A DNA stretch of 32,000 nt from Zestosphaera tikiterensis (GTDB lineage: Archaea; Thermoproteota; Thermoprotei_A; Sulfolobales; NBVN01). The number at the start of each line of letters is the position of its first letter. Position 1 is the first letter of the stretch. The stretch lies in the NCBI GenBank assembly GCA_003056265.1, contig NBVN01000002.1, forward strand, positions 570,001 through 602,000, given 5' to 3'. Positions 24,580 to 32,000 of the stretch are shown here, piece by piece. Made by a program: the position numbers and the translations under genes. The notes under the pieces are model-generated. The model worked only from the letters and a program-made list of their open reading frames with translations. It searched no databases and had not been told where the DNA came from.

Positions 24580-24948
24580 GTGATTATATTGCGTGCGGAG
24601 AAAGAGTTTCGTGCTGTGAAGCTTTCAATCGATAAGGAGAATGTTAAGATAGCGGGGAGGGATGGGGAGTTACTCATAAGTTTGCCTGAGATACGTAGGG
24701 TTGGAGTGGAGAAAAAATTTAATAAAGTGCTTGCTTCCTTAGTTGTGGTTATGGCTATCATATCTTTAGCAACTTCAAACGCTCTATATCTGTTGCTGAC
24801 GTTCATTATGTTAGCAGTAACTGGAATGACAAGGGAGGAGATCTTGATAATAGAGTATGGAAATAACTTAGTTAAGGTAAGAGGCCTTCAAAAAGCGGAG
24901 CTTAATAAAGCTTTAAACTTCTTTAAAGAGTATTTCACTCACTTATAA
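24580..24948 (+). CDS. Small protein with central TM hairpin flanked by beta-rich segments, unknown function
   Basis: 122 aa, GTG start 25 nt after B5. Central segment VLASLVVVMAIISLATSNALYLLLTFIMLAVTG. I chose it over the antisense 78-aa ORF because of its coherent TM hairpin. Confidence 0.45.
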   Translation: MIILRAEKEFRAVKLSIDKENVKIAGRDGELLISLPEIRRVGVEKKFNKVLASLVVVMAIISLATSNALYLLLTFIMLAVTGMTREEILIIEYGNNLVKVRGLQKAELNKALNFFKEYFTHL

Positions 24949-26068
24949 TCTCCACATTAGCTCTTGGAATCGTAACTATTCTACCGTCCTGCAACCTAAC
25001 CTTAACCACCCTAACAGGAGATTCCGTCTCTATCTCCTGAAGCTCCACAGGCAGATCCACAACAGTGCCTACAGCACCGAAGTAGGGATATCTTATTATT
25101 CGAACGACACTCCCGACCTTCATCCTACCCTCCCCTAAAGGCTCCATACCCTCTTCACGTACGCTACCTTTCAAAGGTATTATGACCTCAGGCCTTATGA
25201 CGCCTGCCCTAACTTGAGTTACTCCGCTTAACGCTGCGTCGTTGCCGTCATTCTCTACAAATATTTTGAAAGCCCTTTCAGACATAGGTAGTTTGCCGAA
25301 ACCCTCAGTAAGTATTAAAGTATACCCTAGATTCTCCCTACCCGTGATGGCCACACCTATCCTATACCCTAGGATCTTCTCCACATCCGTTATTTTAGCA
25401 CCGCCCACGATAACTCCCTTAACGCCGACCTTCCTAGCTTTGTTCAATGCTTCATACGTTGCTAAAGAACCTCCTACTATAACCTTACCTGCGTGTGCTT
25501 CAGAAATTTTACTTTCGTCTAGAACTTCATCAGGCCGTGAGACAACTACCTCAAGCGTTCCATGAGTTTCACCGCCGAAACCTATGATGCCTTGAACGTA
25601 AGCTGCTGGAACCCCTATAACTACCGACTCCCCAGGACTTACATCCTCAACAACTCCCTTAATGTAGGCAGAGACATCAATAACTCTAGGAGGTTCTCTA
25701 ATGGTTATGTGGCCGGTAACCTCACTTACGCTTTCCACGACGCCATTTATAGGTGACGTAATAGCTTTTTTAAAGAGGCCGAATAAAGCGCTGTACTTAG
25801 CTATCACGTCACCTTGCTTTACGTTATCACCAACCTTAACGGTAACGTAGTTACTTATCTCTTCAGGGTCTATGCCTAACATCTCAGCTAACTTAACTAC
25901 GTACGGAGCTCCCTCAAGATAACATCTACCGACTATAGTGTCGAAGGAGACCTCCTGACCCTTCTTAACTAAGATCTCACCTTTAACGGGGAGTGATCTG
26001 ACCTTCCTTACGTAAGTTCTAGGAACTACAGCTAAGCCTGGCGTATAAGCGAAGCTTTCCTCACTCAA
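24935..26068 (-). CDS. Unknown protein with N-terminal barrel-sandwich-hybrid (biotinyl/lipoyl-like) fold signature and C-terminal KOW-like segment; partner of the GlmL-like ATPase
   Basis: 377 aa. KVGDNVKQGDVIAKY is a typical hybrid-barrel hairpin with no MKM biotinylation site. There is a repeated GKVIVGG...VKGVIVGG motif. C-terminal GSVVRIIRYPYFGAVGTVVDL is KOW-like. The start lies 3 nt downstream of the upstream gene's stop. Confidence 0.6.
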   Translation of the reverse strand: MSEESFAYTPGLAVVPRTYVRKVRSLPVKGEILVKKGQEVSFDTIVGRCYLEGAPYVVKLAEMLGIDPEEISNYVTVKVGDNVKQGDVIAKYSALFGLFKKAITSPINGVVESVSEVTGHITIREPPRVIDVSAYIKGVVEDVSPGESVVIGVPAAYVQGIIGFGGETHGTLEVVVSRPDEVLDESKISEAHAGKVIVGGSLATYEALNKARKVGVKGVIVGGAKITDVEKILGYRIGVAITGRENLGYTLILTEGFGKLPMSERAFKIFVENDGNDAALSGVTQVRAGVIRPEVIIPLKGSVREEGMEPLGEGRMKVGSVVRIIRYPYFGAVGTVVDLPVELQEIETESPVRVVKVRLQDGRIVTIPRANVEIISE

Positions 26069-26071
26069 TCT

Positions 26072-27922
26072 TCACACCTCCACCCTATTCATTAATTGAT
26101 GCGGGTAAAGATCCATAGACTTAAACCACCCAAGAACTAACTTCCTCCGTTCCTTATCGCTAGCCGGTAAGTAAATAGGTCTGCCCCTCCCATCTAAAAC
26201 CAAGCCTACAACACCTCCACGAACCTTCCTACTAACTGGTTTGCCGGCACCGGCGCCGAAGTCGAAGTTCCTAGAGGGTTTCACAGAAACCTCTACTTCT
26301 ACGTTATAAGGTATTGAGATCCTGACGATTTCACCAAACCTTAACACTACATTCTCCTCCCTACCATCATCGAAGGTAAGTTCTACGTCAGCTACCTTCT
26401 CACCTAACGCGTCGAAACCTTTACCAGCTACTACAGTACCTAAAGGTACTAAACACTCCTTCTCGAAAATTTCGAGAGCTATCTCCTTATACAGTTTAGA
26501 TAAAACACCTAAATGAGGTATCATGAAGACGCTGTCCTGCATTACGTACGTAAAGCCGATGGGTTGGAACGCATCTATTAATATAATCATTGATTGAGCC
26601 CTTCTAGGGGCTCTAGACAGTAACCCTCCAGTACCTATTATGTAGTTAACCCTCATCATATCTATGTAAGTTTCTTCAGCCTTCACTTCTTCGAAAATGT
26701 CTGAGATTGTCCTCTCTTTCTTCACGCCTTTAAGTTCTCTAGCTAAGTACTTGTGGTGGTTAAAAGCCATCCTTATAGACTCCCTCGCTATTGCGTGCTC
26801 CACAACCAAATCCTCAAGGGTCATGGGTATGGTTGTAGGTCTTATCATTTTATTGTAGACAATACTCATGATGTCTTCATCCGTCATATCGAAAGGTATC
26901 CACCTACGTACGTTATCTATCCCAGCTTCTTTAAAGACGTTTCCTATGCTGTAACTCATGCCTAAATTAGCGCTTACAGTCCTTAAGAACCTCCCGTCGA
27001 AAACTGAGTATACGTTAGTAGTCGCTCCACCCATACCAACCCCTAAAACGTTAACGCCCTTCATCTCAGCGAAGGTTCTTATCATTAAACCTTCAGCAGC
27101 CGGTGTGGGCATGATGTCTGTAGAGGTAAGTTTCATAAGTTTCTCATATCCTGGGGCGTGAGCCATGACGTGCTCCATAAAAAGCTCTAGTATAGCGTTT
27201 CTAGCCGGCTCAACTCTCTCAACCTCTATCTGAGGTCTTATGTTATCAACGACTCTAACGTCGAAGAAATCGGATGAGAGAATCCTCTTTATGTCTTCCC
27301 TAGCGTTTTTATTCCCAGCGTATATCACTGGCAACCTGTAGCTTACTCCAAACCTAGGTTTAGGCTTAGCCACAGCTAAGACTTCAGCCATCTCTAAAAC
27401 GTGGGTTTTATCACCGCCGTCGGTACCTCCAGCTAGGAGAACCATGTCAGGCCTTAAGAACCTCACTATATTAACTTTCTCGTGTGTCTCCCTACCGTCG
27501 TCAACAGCTATTACGTCCATCACTATAGCCCCGGCTCCTAAAGCAGCTCTTTGAGCGCTTTCCGCCGTTATACTTTTCACAACACCCATGACCAACATCT
27601 GTAGACCGCCTCCGGCACTACTTGTTGATACGTAGACGTCTATACCTGTTTTATTACCTCTGTAAGGCATTATGAACTTCAGCTCTTCTGTACTATAGTC
27701 TATTATTTTATGACCTGTTAGCTCCTCAACTTCCTTAACAGCATTTCTAACGCCTTTAGTTACGTCTTCAACGGGTTTTTCAACTGTAGTTGGTGCTTCG
27801 CCACTAGCTAGAAACTTCCACTCACCGTTTACCTTACCGAAGAATCTAGCCTTAGTTGTTGTACTTCCGACGTCGGTGGCTAAGATGAACCTAGGTTCTG
27901 AATTTAACCCGCTCATACCCAT
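26072..27922 (-). CDS. GlmL/MutL-family ASKHA (actin-like) ATPase, long form with beta-rich C-terminal extension
   Basis: 616 aa. ILATDVGSTTTKA (phosphate-1 DxGSTxxK), LLAGGTDGGD and IIGTGGLLS motifs match the glutamate mutase accessory protein family (hydantoinase-A branch). Confidence 0.75.
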   Translation of the reverse strand: MGMSGLNSEPRFILATDVGSTTTKARFFGKVNGEWKFLASGEAPTTVEKPVEDVTKGVRNAVKEVEELTGHKIIDYSTEELKFIMPYRGNKTGIDVYVSTSSAGGGLQMLVMGVVKSITAESAQRAALGAGAIVMDVIAVDDGRETHEKVNIVRFLRPDMVLLAGGTDGGDKTHVLEMAEVLAVAKPKPRFGVSYRLPVIYAGNKNAREDIKRILSSDFFDVRVVDNIRPQIEVERVEPARNAILELFMEHVMAHAPGYEKLMKLTSTDIMPTPAAEGLMIRTFAEMKGVNVLGVGMGGATTNVYSVFDGRFLRTVSANLGMSYSIGNVFKEAGIDNVRRWIPFDMTDEDIMSIVYNKMIRPTTIPMTLEDLVVEHAIARESIRMAFNHHKYLARELKGVKKERTISDIFEEVKAEETYIDMMRVNYIIGTGGLLSRAPRRAQSMIILIDAFQPIGFTYVMQDSVFMIPHLGVLSKLYKEIALEIFEKECLVPLGTVVAGKGFDALGEKVADVELTFDDGREENVVLRFGEIVRISIPYNVEVEVSVKPSRNFDFGAGAGKPVSRKVRGGVVGLVLDGRGRPIYLPASDKERRKLVLGWFKSMDLYPHQLMNRVEV

Positions 27923-27981
27923 CCCTAGATACGCTTTTAACTTAATTAAAAAGTGTTTAATAATTTGGTCTTAGTCATTCA

Positions 27982-29583
27982 CTAAAATTGCTTAAACCTT
28001 CTTAGAATCGCGCCGTTCCTAACGTTTTTATCCAGCCTTCCATTAACCACCGTAGGTCTTCCATTCACTATAACGTATCTTATACCTCTTGGGTATGAAT
28101 GCGGGTTTTCATACGTTGCGGTATCCTCTACAACGTAGTAGTTGAATATAGTTATATCTGCTTTGAAGCCAGGCCTTATCAGGCCTCTATCCCATAGCTT
28201 AAGTTTTCTAGCTGGTAGTGAAGTCATCTTTCTAATGGCCTCCGTCAAGGTTAGAGCTTTCCTCTCCCTAACGTATTTAGCGATGATTCTAGGGAAGGTT
28301 CCGTACCTTCTCGGATGTGGTTTACCCTCACCGAATTTCCCAACGGACCCGTCACTACCTATAGCTACGTAGGGGTGTGCAATCACTTTCTCTACGTCTT
28401 CCTCACTCATGCCGAATGAGACCATGCCAGTAGCTAATTCGTCATCTATGAGTAACTTCACCATAGCGTTTACGGGGTCTAAGCCTAAGCGTTCAGCCAC
28501 TTTATCCATTCTCAAGCCTTCAAATTCTTTATGTTTTAAGGAGAATGAAATCATTATATCGCTCCACGATATATACCGTTCTTCGAAAGCCACCCCTCCA
28601 AGCCTTTCAGTAAGTTCCCTTACCACAGCAGGGTCTTTAAGCTTCTTAAGGACTTCTTCCGTGCTTCCCTCCCTTATATCCTGCGGTAGGAGAGCTGAAA
28701 GAGAAGTTGAAGATGCTGTGTATGGGTAAGCATCGGCTGAAACGTCGAAACCTCTGGAGGCATAGTCTGATATGATCCCTAAAGCCGTAGTTACTTTACC
28801 CCAGTTAGGTCGTCCACTAGCTTTAAGGTGGGAGATCTCTACAGTGATCCCTGCCTTAACACCTATCGTTATGGCTTCATTTATTGAATCAAGTAAACCC
28901 ACACCTTCGTTTCTCATGTGGGTTGCGTACATACCACCGTATCTTGAAGCTACCTTAGCCAACTCAATTATCTCATCTGTTGAGGCGAAAGTCCCCGGGA
29001 TATATATTAAACCCGTGCTAAGGCCTAAAGCCCCAGCCTCCATAGCTTCCTTAACTAACTCACGCATCTTTGTTAAATCACTTTCAGACGGTTTAGAGGA
29101 CGTGAAGCCTAATACAGCAGACCTCACAGTGCCGTGACCTACTAAAGGAGCTATATTTACTGAAGGCTTAAGCGACTCTAGAGCATTTAAGTAATCGTTG
29201 AAAGACCTCCAACTCACGACAACCTCCGGATGTTCCTTTTTAATTTCTTTAATTACTTCATCTTTATTAACGTCTGTTAAAGGCGCTGGAGACCAGCCAC
29301 AGTTCCCAACAACTAACGTAGTGACTCCTTGAAGTATGTAGTTATCAGCTGTAGGCACTTCAAAAATGCTTATATCGCTGTGGTTGTGAATATCTATAAA
29401 TCCGGGAGCCACTATAAGGTTTTTAGCGTCTATGACTTCCTCGGATTTAACGCCTGTCAAATCACCTATAGCTTTTATCGTGTCTCCTACAATGCCTACG
29501 TCAGATTTAAACGGGGGTGTTCCAGAACCGTCTACTATTACGCCGTTACGTATGATTAAATCAAACTCCAATTTAAACACCAA
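27982..29583 (-). CDS. N-acyl-D-amino-acid deacylase (D-aminoacylase) family amidohydrolase
   Basis: N-terminal DLIIRNGVIVDGSG, metal motif GFIDIHNHSD, and the family-specific VVGNCG block carrying the Cys zinc ligand. 533 aa. The start is TTG 29583 or GTG 29580. Confidence 0.85.
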   Translation of the reverse strand: MVFKLEFDLIIRNGVIVDGSGTPPFKSDVGIVGDTIKAIGDLTGVKSEEVIDAKNLIVAPGFIDIHNHSDISIFEVPTADNYILQGVTTLVVGNCGWSPAPLTDVNKDEVIKEIKKEHPEVVVSWRSFNDYLNALESLKPSVNIAPLVGHGTVRSAVLGFTSSKPSESDLTKMRELVKEAMEAGALGLSTGLIYIPGTFASTDEIIELAKVASRYGGMYATHMRNEGVGLLDSINEAITIGVKAGITVEISHLKASGRPNWGKVTTALGIISDYASRGFDVSADAYPYTASSTSLSALLPQDIREGSTEEVLKKLKDPAVVRELTERLGGVAFEERYISWSDIMISFSLKHKEFEGLRMDKVAERLGLDPVNAMVKLLIDDELATGMVSFGMSEEDVEKVIAHPYVAIGSDGSVGKFGEGKPHPRRYGTFPRIIAKYVRERKALTLTEAIRKMTSLPARKLKLWDRGLIRPGFKADITIFNYYVVEDTATYENPHSYPRGIRYVIVNGRPTVVNGRLDKNVRNGAILRRFKQF

Positions 29584-29602
29584 GAAAACATGTTATGTAG
29601 TG

Positions 29603-29610
29603 TTTATATC
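29603..29610 (-). promoter_or_regulatory. TATA box for the D-aminoacylase transcript
   Basis: The minus strand reads GATATAAA, centred about 26 nt upstream of GTG 29580 / TTG 29583 (leaderless geometry). Confidence 0.4.
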
Positions 29611-29682
29611 TTTTTCAATGATGACTCCCGCTACTCAGTCGTAAAGCTTTATTAAAGCTGTAAAAAATCAAGCATAAAAACC

Positions 29683-29691
29683 TTTAATTAA
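29683..29691 (+). promoter_or_regulatory. TATA-like box for the M20 peptidase transcript
   Basis: TTTAATTAA is centred about 26 nt upstream of ATG 29713. Confidence 0.35.
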
Positions 29692-29712
29692 ATGAAGTTA
29701 TGGTGTGTAATT

Positions 29713-30942
29713 ATGCTTAAAGAGTCTGAAGTTAGGGAGTATTTAATTAAGAAGCTTACGGATATTCTATCAATACCAACTGTAAACCCTCCAGGTAAGG
29801 ATTACGACGTATGCGCTTCCTACTTAGCTAGTGAGTTAAGAAGTTTAGGGTTAGACGTTCGTGTTGTGAGGATACCTGAGGAGTACCTAGATAAGCACTA
29901 CCCCTACGCCCCCCAGCATAGGGGGTATCCAAGAGATATAGTGTTCGCTAGGTTAGGTGAGGGTGAGCCTATACTGCATTTCAACGGTCACTACGACGTA
30001 GTTCCGCCTGGAACTGGATGGACTAAGGACCCGTTTAAACCCGTTGTTGAAGATAGTAAGATCTACGGTCGTGGAGCTACAGACATGAAAGGCGGTATAG
30101 CGTCTATACTGGGTTTTTTAAAAGTAGTAGCTGAAGAAAACCTTAGGTTTAAAGGTACTTTAGAAGTGGCTTTCGTACCTGATGAAGAATCGGGTGGGGA
30201 CGGCTCCAGATATTTAGTTGAAAGCGGTTTAACAAAACCGCGTTACGTAATAATAGGTGAGCCCTCAACATCTAAGAGAGTTGTGATAGGGCATAAAGGC
30301 TTTATAAGGGGTTTAGTCCGCGTTTTAGGTAAGCAAACACATGGTAGCGTTCCTTGGTATGGAGAGAACGCCTTCTTAAAGGCTTCCCAGCTGGCGTTGA
30401 AGTTTATGGAGCTTTACGAACCTCTATTAAACTCTAGAGCGACTTCAGCCCCTGTGAGAACCCCTCAAGAAGCGCATCCATCAATAAACCTCGGTGGGTA
30501 TGCGGAATCAACTGCAAGGAAGGATAACACAGTACCGGGTGAGTTCCTATTCAGCTTTGACAGAAGGGTTTTACCGGAGGAAAACCTCGATGAAGTCGTG
30601 AATGAATTGAAGGAATATTTTGCTAAAGCAGCTGCTAACGTTAGATATGAGGTAAGTATCTTAAGTGCTGTCCCACCGTCTTTAACGCCTGTAGAATCCG
30701 AGATAGTTAACGTAGCTAGTGTTTGCGCCGAAAAAATCACAGGCTTTAAACCTAGGGCGGAGCTCTCGCCGGGGAGGAACGACGCGGTATATTACGTAAA
30801 CTTTACGAGAAGTCAAGCGATAAACTTCGGTCCTGGCGTTGAATGGACAGCGCATGCTCCAGACGAGTATACAGACGTTGAAGAACTCGTTAAATTCGTG
30901 AATATCTACAGATGCGTAGCTGAGAAAATCCTAATGAAGTAG
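29713..30942 (+). CDS. M20-family metallopeptidase/deacylase (ArgE/DapE/acetylornithine deacetylase-like)
   Basis: HFNGHYDVVP, GRGATDMKGG, VPDEESGG, IGEPS and a C-terminal AHAPDEY provide the M20 metal and catalytic residues. ATG 29713 (MLKESEV) is preferred over 29692 on TATA spacing and family N-termini. Confidence 0.85.
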   Translation: MLKESEVREYLIKKLTDILSIPTVNPPGKDYDVCASYLASELRSLGLDVRVVRIPEEYLDKHYPYAPQHRGYPRDIVFARLGEGEPILHFNGHYDVVPPGTGWTKDPFKPVVEDSKIYGRGATDMKGGIASILGFLKVVAEENLRFKGTLEVAFVPDEESGGDGSRYLVESGLTKPRYVIIGEPSTSKRVVIGHKGFIRGLVRVLGKQTHGSVPWYGENAFLKASQLALKFMELYEPLLNSRATSAPVRTPQEAHPSINLGGYAESTARKDNTVPGEFLFSFDRRVLPEENLDEVVNELKEYFAKAAANVRYEVSILSAVPPSLTPVESEIVNVASVCAEKITGFKPRAELSPGRNDAVYYVNFTRSQAINFGPGVEWTAHAPDEYTDVEELVKFVNIYRCVAEKILMK

Positions 30943-31028
30943 CTTTAATATCTCGATGTTTTTAGATAACGCTATTGAACAGCGGATATATTACGGATTT
31001 TAAAGATGGAGGTTTAGCATAGGTTCAA

Positions 31029-31046
31029 TGTTCAACCCTTTGAACA
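31029..31046. promoter_or_regulatory. Perfect palindrome TGTTCAA-N4-TTGAACA, candidate operator
   Basis: Read directly. Further TTGAAC/GTTCAA hexamers occur at 30975-30982 (TTGAACAG) and 31023-31028, all within the intergenic region upstream of ATG 31111. Confidence 0.45.
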
Positions 31047-31110
31047 GGTATGTTCCAGCACTAAGTTTTTCAAATATGTAATCGAGATTAAATAACGAGG
31101 TGTAAAATCT

Positions 31111-31983
31111 ATGAAGCGCTCTCACATAGCCCTTCTAATCATCGGTGTTGGCCTGCTTTCAGGCCTTATAGTCTTTAGCGAGTTAAATCCGTTGAAGCTT
31201 TTCGAAGTTAACGTTAGCGTTCAAGTACCAAGCGAGGAAAACGTTATAGAGTTGAAACTCGACGTTAGAAACTCTTCAGGCTCCGTAACATACTCTAACG
31301 TATCTTCGCTATACCTAGATAGAGACGTTAACGTCATGTTTAAGTTGTTATCTGCTGAGGTTAATGGAGACGTTAAAATAACGTTAAGTGGGCAGGTAAC
31401 GTTAGTTAGCGATGATGGAATTAAGTACGTAGTGCCTATGCCCTGCTTATTCGCAAACAACGGATGCTTCAGAGTGCTTATGCTCATACCCGGTTATGAT
31501 ACTCCAATGTCGTTGCCTAGGGGTAAGTACTCAATATCTTTAACGTTAACATGGTATGGAGCTTCAGGTGAGGGGATTATTAAGTTAAGAGTAGGCCTAG
31601 TGGAAGAAACTGTTGAGGTGGTTAAAATTGGTTCAAGACCTGAGAACACTACAGGTTGGGTAACTGTTGAAGGATCCACTAAAAGTTATGCTGTGTTGGT
31701 AGATCCTAAAGCAGTTAAGGTTGGGGGATGTCTTTACGCGACGCACGTATGGGTTTGGATTTTCACGCCGTCAAACACTACAGACGTAAAGAACGTTAAA
31801 GTAGTTGTTGAGGATTTATACAGTGGTAAACAACTTTATAACGCCGACGTAGACCTAGATAAATCAGGTATTTATAGGGAAGCTTTAATGAAGGTTATAT
31901 TACCGCAGGGCAAGTACATATTGAAAATCTTCATAACCCCGGAAACAGCCTTACAGACTACCTTATCTGTTGAAACATGTTAA
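31111..31983 (+). CDS. Secreted/membrane-anchored protein, unknown function, beta-rich with N-glycosylation sequons
   Basis: N-terminal MKRSH plus a hydrophobic helix. GAGGTG lies 8 nt upstream. Sequons are NVS, NSS, NVS, NTT and NTT. Confidence 0.6.
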   Translation: MKRSHIALLIIGVGLLSGLIVFSELNPLKLFEVNVSVQVPSEENVIELKLDVRNSSGSVTYSNVSSLYLDRDVNVMFKLLSAEVNGDVKITLSGQVTLVSDDGIKYVVPMPCLFANNGCFRVLMLIPGYDTPMSLPRGKYSISLTLTWYGASGEGIIKLRVGLVEETVEVVKIGSRPENTTGWVTVEGSTKSYAVLVDPKAVKVGGCLYATHVWVWIFTPSNTTDVKNVKVVVEDLYSGKQLYNADVDLDKSGIYREALMKVILPQGKYILKIFITPETALQTTLSVETC

Positions 31984-32000
31984 CTAGAACCTTAAGGAAA

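Noticed and set aside
24570-24806. 78-aa minus-strand ORF overlapping the 122-aa + strand ORF
   Set aside because: The + strand frame gives a coherent TM hairpin and follows the upstream operon. The minus-strand frame has no features.
26072-27922. Interpreting the GlmL-like gene as evidence for a glutamate mutase / methylaspartate pathway
   Set aside because: No GlmS/GlmE-like or any cobalamin-binding gene is present in the window. The accessory-protein annotation cannot be transferred without the mutase.
29618-29637. ATGATGA followed about 11 nt later by CTCAG in the divergent promoter region, considered as a third C/D sRNA
   Set aside because: The downstream element reads TCAG/CTCA rather than CTGA at the correct spacing. 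There is no C'/D second half.
1-32000. CRISPR arrays, rRNA genes, IS elements or transposases
   Set aside because: Reading all intergenic regions showed no regularly spaced direct repeats. No ORF carried transposase, integrase or Cas motifs.

Overview
This is a densely coding archaeal chromosomal segment, most likely from a hyperthermophilic crenarchaeon (Thermoprotei-like). The evidence is K/E/I/V/R-rich proteins, a deoxyhypusine synthase gene, C/D box sRNAs, and a tRNA gene without encoded CCA. First genes have TATA-like boxes about 26 nt upstream, and operon-internal genes use GGAGGTGA-type SD motifs or ATGA/GTGA start-stop overlaps. By eye the window is moderately AT-rich; this was not computed. 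I support 34 protein genes, one tRNA-Thr(CGU), and two canonical C/D box sRNAs that the ORF track cannot show (21-71 on +, 11194-11242 on -). Recognisable genes are an MBL-fold hydrolase, MarC, CstA, an ArsA/Get3-like ATPase, deoxyhypusine synthase coupled to a pyruvoyl AdoMetDC/ArgDC-type decarboxylase, a PAP2 phosphatase, a QxxRW GT2 synthase, OsmC, a PfkB kinase, an Upf1-like SF1 helicase, pyruvate kinase, TauE, an ABC-2 exporter, a D-aminoacylase and an M20 peptidase. I saw no rRNA, CRISPR array, transposase, integrase or att-like tRNA duplication. There are three main candidates for undescribed biology. The first is a translationally coupled 5-6 gene operon of unrecognisable membrane proteins (21112-24948) with an internally duplicated architecture. 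The second is an orphan GlmL/MutL-like ASKHA ATPase coupled to a barrel-hybrid/KOW-like protein, next to a D-aminoacylase and with no B12 mutase (24935-29583). The third is a three-gene ArsA/Get3-like module with a membrane-anchored partner (4316-6238). All family calls come from motif reading and memory, not from searches.
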